DNA from: a virus
Taxonomy: Duplodnaviria; Caudoviricetes
Reading direction: 5' to 3' (one strand)
Virus record (IMG/VR): IMGVR_UViG_3300032295_000222
Coordinates: 1-31,614 of that record
DNA: 31,614 nt
In this document: positions 18,638 to 24,795 of the stretch, piece by piece
Position numbering within the stretch: position 1 is the first letter of the stretch
Layout: the number at the start of each line of letters is the position of its first letter
The notes under the pieces: generated by a model
The model's input: the letters and a program-made list of their open reading frames with translations, nothing else
Told to the model about the DNA's origin: nothing
Databases searched by the model: none
Translations under genes and position numbers: made by a program

Positions 18638-18802
18638 ATGCTTAAAGCTGTTCGTGCATCAATTACAAGTGGAATAATTAGTTTTATTTCCTCTAGGCCA
18701 AAGGTTGTGCCTTTGCAAAGCCAACAACAACTTTATGGAGTTTTATTGCTTGAAGATGGAAGTTTTTTGCTTCAAGAAGACGGATCAGAAATTATTTTGT
18801 AG
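18638..18802 (+). CDS. Small fibre-associated protein (54 aa, not in ORF track)
   Basis: MLKAVRASITSG...LLLEDGSFLLQEDGSEIIL; duplicated LLxEDG motif seen in phage tail accessory proteins. Confidence 0.65.
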   Translation: MLKAVRASITSGIISFISSRPKVVPLQSQQQLYGVLLLEDGSFLLQEDGSEIIL

Positions 18803-18829
18803 AACTTTTAAATTTTAAAGGTTATTAAA

Positions 18830-19123
18830 ATGGCCATAAAGAAAATTATTGAAATTGAAGGTCAATCCTTTATTCAATGCAGCGTTGGAAAAGTTAAAAA
18901 TGGTATTGAAAAGGCTACATTTTTAGCTGTATGTAAAGTTAAATCTTTAAGCGGCAATAAAGAAAGTTTAAGTTTTATTGTTTCGTATATTGGCGATGTT
19001 GCACAATATGAGCGTTCTTACACTTTTGAACCATCTATTGCTGATGGATCGCCAAACTTTATTAAACAAGCCTATTTGTATTTAAAAACCTTGCCAGAAT
19101 TTTCTGGTGCTGAAGACTGCTAA
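18830..19123 (+). CDS. Tail fibre-associated (assembly-type) protein
   Basis: C-terminal 'NFIKQAYLYLKTLPEFSGAEDC', a motif common downstream of fibre genes. Confidence 0.65.
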   Translation: MAIKKIIEIEGQSFIQCSVGKVKNGIEKATFLAVCKVKSLSGNKESLSFIVSYIGDVAQYERSYTFEPSIADGSPNFIKQAYLYLKTLPEFSGAEDC

Positions 19124-19134
19124 AGGAAAAAATT

Positions 19135-19488
19135 ATGGCAACCAACTCACAAATTGCATTTGGACCGTTAGGAAAAACTGTTGTAGTGCCTGCTGCGGCT
19201 GTTGCCCCTACTGGCGTTCAAGCACTCGTTGACGCACGATTCGATGCACAAAGCACAGGTCAATATAGAATTATTAATATTAGTGAAAACACAGTTTTTC
19301 TGGGCGTAGGTAGCACAGCTGCACTCGCTACAGCAAACGCTGTTGCTCCAGTTGCTGGTACGCCATCGGCGGCCATCGTTCTAGTGCCTGGTGCTGTGGA
19401 AATCTTGCGCTTTGGGCGTGAAGCATTCTTTTCTGGTCTGGCCTCGGCTGCATCAACTGTTTACATCGTGCAAGGCGAAGGAATGTAA
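19135..19488 (+). CDS. Hypothetical (probable structural) protein
   Basis: AAGGA SD; 117 aa Ala/Val-rich beta-type. Confidence 0.7.
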   Translation: MATNSQIAFGPLGKTVVVPAAAVAPTGVQALVDARFDAQSTGQYRIINISENTVFLGVGSTAALATANAVAPVAGTPSAAIVLVPGAVEILRFGREAFFSGLASAASTVYIVQGEGM

Positions 19489-19743
19489 ATGGATTGGCAA
19501 ACCATCATCAATATCTCAGCGGGTGCTTTGCTCGGAGTTGGCGGCTGGTTTGCTCGCCAGCTCTGGGATTCTGTCAAAGAGCTTAAAAGTGATGTGTCTG
19601 CGATTCGTCTGCACATGAGCGAAAACTACGTCAAGAAGTCTGAGGTTGAGAACTTTAAGGCTGACATGGACAAACGCTTTGACCGGATCGAGGTGCTGCT
19701 AGACAAGTTATTTGAGAAGTTAGAAGGCAAGGTGGATAAGTGA
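19489..19743 (+). CDS. Membrane-anchored coiled-coil protein of the lysis cassette (holin/antiholin candidate)
   Basis: One N-terminal Gly/Ala-rich TM segment followed by a charged helix. Confidence 0.65.
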   Translation: MDWQTIINISAGALLGVGGWFARQLWDSVKELKSDVSAIRLHMSENYVKKSEVENFKADMDKRFDRIEVLLDKLFEKLEGKVDK

Positions 19744-19934
19744 TGGATCGTTGGAAGAATCGCCGAAGGATGGCGTGGCTTTCAATGATTGCGGGATTGC
19801 TCTTTCCTTTGCTGATTCTCGCCTCTGAGTCACCAACGTTGGGACAGATAGCATTGCCATTCTATGGGTTCATAGGGGCGGTTTTAGCCTCTTATTTTGG
19901 TTTTGCGACTTGGGATGACATGAGTGGAAAATAA
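19740..19934 (+). CDS. Small two-TM membrane protein (holin candidate)
   Basis: Basic N-terminus RWKNRRR, two hydrophobic segments, 'YFGFATWDD'. Confidence 0.65.
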   Translation: MMDRWKNRRRMAWLSMIAGLLFPLLILASESPTLGQIALPFYGFIGAVLASYFGFATWDDMSGK

Positions 19935-20532
19935 AGACACCAAGGACACTCTGTTGGGTGTTCTTAATTATGTGAACTCTCCATTTAAGTTGTTTGTGGT
20001 GGTGTTGCTTGGTGTGCTTGGTTTTATAGGCTATTTCGTGTACACCCATCAAGGCGTGATGGTCGGTGCATATTTGAAAAGCAAAGAGCTGCCCAAGCTC
20101 GATGAGAGCCGATTCGACATTGCTGCGTCCATGCTGTTTAGAGAAACCAAAGCGGAAATCGTTTCCATCTTTGCTGTTGATCCAATCCTAAACAAGCGTG
20201 TACTCGTTCGGGCGTATGCTAAAGACGGTGGCAGACATAAGCTGCTGGAAGGCACAAACGTTGGGCTTTTCTCTGGCAACCAAAGCAATAACGCTGACGT
20301 AATTAAATTGATGGGCGGCGAGATACCCTGTGGGGCTTATCTGCGTCCGCAGAGCGAGGCAGGGCTTTGGTATATCCATCAAGGCGTTCGCTTCACTTGC
20401 AGGGTATCCATACCCCCAGACCTAAATTCTTTCATAGGCCAGATTACCGTGGGTTGGGCTGGTGAGCCTGACCTTGAGTACGCTCGGTCTATTATGGAAG
20501 TCGTTGCCCGTGGCTTGGTGCTGCAAAAATGA
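19924..20532 (+). CDS. Single-TM protein with GAF-like domain; putative T4 T-type holin
   Basis: Amphipathic N-terminal helix, one TM, ~160-aa soluble domain with two Cys and 'FIGQITVGW'; directly upstream of the spanins and endolysin. Confidence 0.6.
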   Translation: MENKDTKDTLLGVLNYVNSPFKLFVVVLLGVLGFIGYFVYTHQGVMVGAYLKSKELPKLDESRFDIAASMLFRETKAEIVSIFAVDPILNKRVLVRAYAKDGGRHKLLEGTNVGLFSGNQSNNADVIKLMGGEIPCGAYLRPQSEAGLWYIHQGVRFTCRVSIPPDLNSFIGQITVGWAGEPDLEYARSIMEVVARGLVLQK

Positions 20533-20942
20533 TTTTATATGCCAAGATTGCTGCGGTTGCGATTGCTCTGGCTCTAGCTTATTGGGCAGGGTACGACAGG
20601 ATGCGAGACAAGCATCTGTTATTCGTTGCAGAGGTCAAGGCAATTGGGGACGCTCAAGAGCTTGCAAATAAGCACGCTGTTGAGATTTCGGAAGTGATAA
20701 CGGAAGGGATTAAAGATGAATATGAGACTCGCATTGCTTCTTTGCGTAGGCAGTATGCTAATGCTGGGCGGGTGTGCGACACACGTTCCGGTGGCGGTCA
20801 AATGCCCCCCGTTTCCAAGTCCGCCAATGGTACTGATGGAACTCCCGCCGACCCAGAATTTATTGGAAAATGTGCCGAGACAACAGCTCAATTAGTCGCA
20901 TTACAAAAGTGGATTGCTAAACATTTGGAGGTGCAGAAGTGA
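20529..20942 (+). CDS. Rz: Inner-membrane spanin (Rz-like)
   Basis: N-terminal TM, coiled coil, two Cys; contains an embedded lipoprotein gene. Confidence 0.82.
   Translation: MILYAKIAAVAIALALAYWAGYDRMRDKHLLFVAEVKAIGDAQELANKHAVEISEVITEGIKDEYETRIASLRRQYANAGRVCDTRSGGGQMPPVSKSANGTDGTPADPEFIGKCAETTAQLVALQKWIAKHLEVQK
20716..20895 (+). CDS. Rz1: Outer-membrane spanin lipoprotein (Rz1-like) embedded in the +1 frame of Rz (59 aa, not in ORF track)
   Basis: MNMRLALLLCVGSMLMLGG-CATHVPVAVKCPPFPSPPMVLMELPPTQNLLENVPRQQLN: signal peptide, LGGC lipobox, Pro-rich mature part; AAGGGA SD. Confidence 0.85.
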   Translation: MNMRLALLLCVGSMLMLGGCATHVPVAVKCPPFPSPPMVLMELPPTQNLLENVPRQQLN

Positions 20943-21538
20943 TTACCCGTGAAAACCTATTGGCCATCACCACACCAGAGATGGCAGACAAGTGGCTAGA
21001 CGCATTAAACGCAACAGCCGAACAGTTTGACATCAACACACCAGACCGGATCGCTGGGTTTCTATCCCAGATTGCCCATGAATCAGCAGGGTTTAAGGCA
21101 ACGTCTGAAAATCTAAATTACTCAGCTGAAGCTCTTTGCCGAGTCTGGCCGAGCCGATTTAATGCTGCCAATGCGGGTGAGTACGCACGCAACCCAGAGA
21201 AAATCGCCAACAAAGCCTATTGTGATCGTATGGGCAATGGCAATGAGGAAAGCGGCGATGGTTGGAAATATCGTGGGAAAGGTTTGATCCAGCTCACAGG
21301 GAAAGACAATTACGAGCGTTTCTCAGCTGACACAGGCGTTGATGCTGTTGAGAACCCTGAGTTGTTGGCCGAGCCTGAGATGGCTGCATTGTCGGCTGGA
21401 TGGTTCTGGTCTAAGAATGGACTGAATGCTCTGGCTGACTCAAAAGATGTGGTTGCGATGACCAAGAGGATCAATGGCGGCACGCATGGTCTGGATGACC
21501 GCCAGGCTAAGTACGCAGCTGTTCTCAGCACAATGTAA
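20939..21538 (+). CDS. Endolysin, glycoside hydrolase family 19
   Basis: 'FLSQIAHES', 'ENLNYS', 'YRGKGLIQLTGKDNY', 'TKRINGG..GLDDR'. Confidence 0.93.
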   Translation: MITRENLLAITTPEMADKWLDALNATAEQFDINTPDRIAGFLSQIAHESAGFKATSENLNYSAEALCRVWPSRFNAANAGEYARNPEKIANKAYCDRMGNGNEESGDGWKYRGKGLIQLTGKDNYERFSADTGVDAVENPELLAEPEMAALSAGWFWSKNGLNALADSKDVVAMTKRINGGTHGLDDRQAKYAAVLSTM

Positions 21539-21565
21539 AAAAGGGCGGTGATGAGCCGCCCCTTT
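21537..21565. terminator. Bidirectional intrinsic terminator between converging late and early operons
   Basis: A6-GGGCGGT-GATGA-GCCGCCC-CTTT; U6 tail on the minus strand, shorter tail on plus. Confidence 0.85.
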
Positions 21566-21569
21566 GGTC

Positions 21570-21761
21570 TTACCTGTGCAGTCGATACCTAGCAAACTGA
21601 CACTTTTCTCCCTGCACGATTTCGGTGGTGATGTTTAACCCTCGCCCCCGAAGTTTGAAGATGATGTCAGCCAGACGGGTGGCCTTGAATAAAACAATAG
21701 CCTCCCAACTGGTGATTGGCTTTTTCTGAAGATGAATTAAAACTTGCTGGGTCTTAGTCAT
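21570..21761 (-). CDS. Small winged helix-turn-helix protein
   Basis: 'VLIHLQKKPITSWEAI..TRLADIIFKLRGRGLNITT..FARYRL'. Confidence 0.78.
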   Translation of the reverse strand: MTKTQQVLIHLQKKPITSWEAIVLFKATRLADIIFKLRGRGLNITTEIVQGEKCQFARYRLHR

Positions 21762-21773
21762 ATTCTTTCTCCA

Positions 21774-22043
21774 TTAAAACGGCGGGTCTTGGTCATCATA
21801 TGGGGGCGGCTCGTTTGATTTGGCACGCTGACGAGGCTGCTCATCCTCTTTGGGCTTAGGATCATTCAAGTATGCCCAACCGTCCCAAGAACCCTCTTTG
21901 AGAGGAATCACATCGAGTTTGAGCATTGGACCAATCTTGGTTTCAATGATTGAGCCAATGCGCTGATAGCGTTGTTTCTGCTCACCAGCAGCGTTTGTGT
22001 ACTGACCGACTGAGCAGCTGATTTCTTTAATGATTCGTGCCAT
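21774..22043 (-). CDS. Small SSB-like single-stranded DNA-binding protein
   Basis: Beta-rich core with an acidic tail ending DDQDPPF; follows the exonuclease and ERF genes. ATG at 22043 preferred (track start 22052). Confidence 0.65.
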   Translation of the reverse strand: MARIIKEISCSVGQYTNAAGEQKQRYQRIGSIIETKIGPMLKLDVIPLKEGSWDGWAYLNDPKPKEDEQPRQRAKSNEPPPYDDQDPPF

Positions 22044-22044
22044 G

Positions 22045-22665
22045 TTATTCACCTATGATTTTGTTAAGAGCTGCGACCTTGGCATCAACTTCAGCCAAGA
22101 ACTTAAGAACTTCAACTTCTGTTGCTGCAATCCATTCGTCATCACGCTCGACTCTGTCAACAAATAACTGAGCTTTGAGTGGCATTCTTGGGTCAAATAC
22201 AACGTAATCGCACCAATCACGATCAGCGCAGCGCATCTGCCATTGCATCTGAGCCATGTACTTGGACTCGACAGGGTTGTCAGACAGCCAACACTCCAGG
22301 GCGGTCTTGGAGTCTGGGCATTTAATCTCGACCATTCCTCGCTCACCTACAAGCCCGTCTGGGGACGCTCCAGACATTTCTATAGTTGGATGTGGGACAA
22401 AGGCTATCTCATCCACCATGACCCCTCTGGATGCCTCGTATGCGGCTCTGGCGAATGGCTCTTGGTCAATACCCCATTGCATACTGGAGTTGGTGTAGGA
22501 CTCGGCCTTATTGCCTGTGACTCGCTCCAAAACGAGCTGAGTCATGTAATTGCCTCGGTCTGCCCCATACCCTGTCTTGGTTCTGGCTAGAACTTTATAA
22601 AGTGAAGAGGCTGTGACCTTACCCAAACGGGTCTTGAACCATTCCTCGGTGCGTTGCTCATCCAT
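22045..22665 (-). CDS. YqaJ / lambda-type exonuclease
   Basis: 'QRTEEWFKTRLGKVTAS', 'WGIDQEP', 'GASPDG', 'EIKCP', 'YMAQMQWQM'. Confidence 0.93.
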   Translation of the reverse strand: MDEQRTEEWFKTRLGKVTASSLYKVLARTKTGYGADRGNYMTQLVLERVTGNKAESYTNSSMQWGIDQEPFARAAYEASRGVMVDEIAFVPHPTIEMSGASPDGLVGERGMVEIKCPDSKTALECWLSDNPVESKYMAQMQWQMRCADRDWCDYVVFDPRMPLKAQLFVDRVERDDEWIAATEVEVLKFLAEVDAKVAALNKIIGE

Positions 22666-23221
22666 TTACTTTCTCCTTTTTTGCACGATCAATGCGAGCT
22701 TTCTTTGCTGCGATGACTTTGGTTTGTAGTGATTGATTGCCCTCACAAGCGTCATAAGCCAATTTATACGCTGTTGCCAGTTCCTCAGAGTTGGCGGTGG
22801 CTTCGATTGCTGAGAGGTGGTCGGTAATGTCAGGCGTGGGGGCGGAGCGTCTGACTGACGCATTCCCATCGTCATCCTCTGGCGCAATCCCGCAGGCCGC
22901 CATGAGTGAGTAGCGGCGAGCATAAGTCAGAGCTGATCCATACCCTTGGGGGTCTTGCTTAGAGGCAGGAACGTGGAGCTTTCCGCACTCAAGCATCTCG
23001 CCTGATTCGTGGATAAAGACCGTCTCGACTGTCACGCCTGTGGAATCCTCGCTGGTACGTTGGATCATGGCGATGCCAGCGTCATTTAATCCCTCAATGA
23101 CCGCCTCAACGCAAGCAGACAAGTCTGCATAGCGGGACTTGAAGTGTGGGTTGGTGGAGGACTTGAGCGCAGGCCCGAAGGACTTTTGTGCCTTGACCAA
23201 GGCTGTGGCGATTTGTTTCAT
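22658..23221 (-). CDS. erf: ERF-family single-strand annealing recombinase
   Basis: 'NPHFKSRYADL', 'PQGYGSALTYARRYSLMAACGIAPEDDDG'. Confidence 0.93.
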   Translation of the reverse strand: MKQIATALVKAQKSFGPALKSSTNPHFKSRYADLSACVEAVIEGLNDAGIAMIQRTSEDSTGVTVETVFIHESGEMLECGKLHVPASKQDPQGYGSALTYARRYSLMAACGIAPEDDDGNASVRRSAPTPDITDHLSAIEATANSEELATAYKLAYDACEGNQSLQTKVIAAKKARIDRAKKEKVNG

Positions 23222-23433
23222 GTGATTACCTTTTCGATGTGGGTTTCAATGGTGTCGAGTAATTTGCAGATGTCTCGATCTTGTGAGTAATAAGCGGCAG
23301 AAATGATCTTGAGTAGCGACATGACGAAATCCTTGTCTGTCATGTGCTGCTCCCAGAACGCAAAGTCTTTGATTGGATACTTGCCATCGACAAAGGCTTG
23401 CATCACCAGACAGGAGGTTTCATGGTTGTCCAT
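23218..23433 (-). CDS. Hypothetical early protein (71 aa)
   Basis: Start re-called at MDNHET.. behind an AAGGA SD; stop overlaps the ERF start. Confidence 0.62.
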   Translation of the reverse strand: MDNHETSCLVMQAFVDGKYPIKDFAFWEQHMTDKDFVMSLLKIISAAYYSQDRDICKLLDTIETHIEKVIT

Positions 23434-23584
23434 TGTCATCCTTTGAGGTGTCCCGACCAAATTGTTTGTACATCTGATGCTTGGCTTTGATGTCTGGCTG
23501 CTCAGAGGCACGCACATAGTCGAGCTTTTCACGCCAACCTTTCTCAATGTCGGTGGCGTTTGATGGTGTGTAGATGTGATCCAT
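23420..23584 (-). CDS. Hypothetical early protein (54 aa, not in track)
   Basis: AAGGA SD; MDHIYTPSNATDIEKGWREKLDYVRASEQPDIKAKHQMYKQFGRDTSKDDNGQP. Confidence 0.65.
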   Translation of the reverse strand: MDHIYTPSNATDIEKGWREKLDYVRASEQPDIKAKHQMYKQFGRDTSKDDNGQP

Positions 23585-23593
23585 GATGATCCT

Positions 23594-23731
23594 TTAGAGG
23601 TAGCAAGCAAGAAACAAAGCACCGACTGCGACAGCTGCGCCGAACCAAGCAGACAAAGGAATTTTGTCCTCTGGTGCTGATGTATACAAGTCGGTGTCAT
23701 GCCAGTTGTGGGGAAGTTTGTTGTCGTTCAT
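23594..23731 (-). CDS. Small protein with C-terminal TM helix (45 aa, not in track)
   Basis: GGAG SD and ATGA coupling; MNDNKLPHNWHDTDLYTSAPEDKIPLSAWFGAAVAVGALFLACYL. Confidence 0.62.
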   Translation of the reverse strand: MNDNKLPHNWHDTDLYTSAPEDKIPLSAWFGAAVAVGALFLACYL

Positions 23732-23880
23732 TGTGCGTCTCCAGAGATTGATCGGATGAGGCGATGCTGCTCAGGCGTGGCAAAGCACACAGCCATTGGA
23801 TGCTTGGCGATGTAATTGAGGAGCTTGGTTTTGGTTTTGTCGCAAGGATTTGCGAGGTATGCAGAGAGGAGGCTATCCAT
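23728..23880 (-). CDS. Hypothetical early protein (50 aa, not in track)
   Basis: AAGGA SD, first gene after a promoter; MDSLLSAYLANPCDKTKTKLLNYIAKHPMAVCFATPEQHRLIRSISGDAQ. Confidence 0.65.
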   Translation of the reverse strand: MDSLLSAYLANPCDKTKTKLLNYIAKHPMAVCFATPEQHRLIRSISGDAQ

Positions 23881-23918
23881 CTTGTTTCCTTTTAAGAGAC
23901 CCGTGAGGGAGTAATTTG

Positions 23919-23948
23919 ATAGTAAGCCAACTTTACATTGGCTGTCAA
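23919..23948 (-). promoter_or_regulatory. Leftward sigma70 promoter PL2 with overlapping operator-like site
   Basis: TTGACA-N18-TACTAT on minus; site TAGTAAGCCAACTTTACA at 23920-23937. Confidence 0.78.
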
Positions 23949-23961
23949 GTTTATTTACATT

Positions 23962-23977
23962 AGGGGCTTTCGCCCCT
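23962..23977 (-). terminator. GC hairpin after the first leftward gene
   Basis: AGGGGC-GAAA-GCCCCT on minus; no good U tract. Confidence 0.5.
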
Positions 23978-23982
23978 GTGGT

Positions 23983-24198
23983 TTAGTTGTAACTCAAATC
24001 TTGAAACTCAAAACTGTCAGCAAGCTCTGGTGCAGCTGACTTACGGACGTTAAGGGAAACACAAGCAAAGCCATAACGCTCTGCCAAATACTGCTTGGCA
24101 TCTTTGCTGTTAGCAACCACAGTAATTTCTGTTGAGTTGAAATCTGAGGGTAAGAAAGTAAAGTCAGCCATGTGGCCTCCAAAAGTTGTTGTGTTCAT
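23983..24198 (-). CDS. Hypothetical immediate-early protein
   Basis: First gene after PL1; in-frame ATGs at 24198 (GGAG) and 24171 (GGAGG). Confidence 0.68.
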   Translation of the reverse strand: MNTTTFGGHMADFTFLPSDFNSTEITVVANSKDAKQYLAERYGFACVSLNVRKSAAPELADSFEFQDLSYN

Positions 24199-24230
24199 AA
24201 TTTTGCTCCGTTTGATTAGTTGATATATGA

Positions 24231-24259
24231 ATGTTAAGCCAGCTTAACACGATAGTCAA
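24231..24259 (-). promoter_or_regulatory. Leftward promoter PL1 with palindromic operator
   Basis: TTGACT-N17-TAACAT on minus; TGTTAAGC-CA-GCTTAACA at 24232-24249. Confidence 0.82.
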
Positions 24260-24276
24260 CAATTATTTTGCAAGTG

Positions 24277-24305
24277 TTGCAAAAAAGAGAAAGTTGGCTT
24301 AACAT
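24277..24305 (+). promoter_or_regulatory. Rightward promoter PR1 with operator-like site
   Basis: TTGCAA-N17-TAACAT; site GAGAAAGTTGGCTTAACA at 24287-24304. Confidence 0.78.
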
Positions 24306-24311
24306 AGCGAT

Positions 24312-24506
24312 ATGACAAAAGATCAAGCAATTGCACTCGCTGGTACATCAATGGCTCTAGCAAAGATGCTCGGCATCCAACGCCAGGCGGTTTCGCAATG
24401 GGGCGATGAGATTCCCCAAGCCCGACTCTGGCAGCTGAAAGTGTTGAGGCCAGAATGGTTTAAAAAGAGTAAGGTAAACAAGCAAGTTTTGCCAGTTGTA
24501 GAGTAG
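24312..24506 (+). CDS. cro: Cro-like HTH transcriptional regulator
   Basis: 'AIALAGTSMALAKMLGIQRQAVSQWGDEIPQARLWQL', a P22/N15 Cro-type pattern. Confidence 0.88.
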   Translation: MTKDQAIALAGTSMALAKMLGIQRQAVSQWGDEIPQARLWQLKVLRPEWFKKSKVNKQVLPVVE

Positions 24507-24515
24507 GATGATTGT

Positions 24516-24644
24516 GTGGGTGTTAGGCGTTAGCGGCCTGACTTTTAGCAAGCAACCTTGCAGACCGGAGTCCTTGGCAGGCACTTGCACTCTGGGTTGA
24601 GTGTTTAATTTTCTTATGGTAAATCGTGCTTTATCGAGACCCAC
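24516..24644 (+). ncRNA. Putative multi-stem structured RNA
   Basis: Closing stem GTGGGT/ACCCAC enclosing four hairpins (see findings). Confidence 0.5.
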
Positions 24645-24673
24645 TTTACTTTTTTAAAAGTTAGCTTTATTAT
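24645..24673 (+). promoter_or_regulatory. Rightward promoter PR2 (replication genes) with operator-like site
   Basis: TTTACT-N17-TATTAT; site TTAAAAGTTAGCTTTATT at 24654-24671 in the same register as at PR1. Confidence 0.68.
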
Positions 24674-24678
24674 TTATA

Positions 24679-24791
24679 TAGCCCTTGGTCGGGTTTAACG
24701 GATATGGCTTCACATGATCTCTGGCGGTTATCCACCGTTCGACCAACTCCCAAAAGGAGAGAGATCAGGTGAAGCCATTTTTTTTGGGCTA
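24679..24791 (+). promoter_or_regulatory. Structured leader / attenuator upstream of the replication initiator
   Basis: 18/19-bp stem 24704-24722 with 24760-24778 followed by a T run; competing pairings. Confidence 0.65.
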
Positions 24792-24795
24792 ATAA

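Noticed and set aside
23218-23700. 160-aa ORF as a single gene
   Set aside because: Its 5' half overlaps two better-supported small genes with SDs in other frames; the real start is probably 23433.
23983-24198. CI repressor, based on its position divergent from cro
   Set aside because: Only 62-71 aa, with no HTH or S24 peptidase pattern.
24508-24600. 30-codon ORF after cro as a cII-like gene
   Set aside because: Too short, no HTH, no well-spaced SD; RNA structure explains the region better.
24516-24644. tRNA gene
   Set aside because: No TTC T-loop, no canonical anticodon arm and wrong length.
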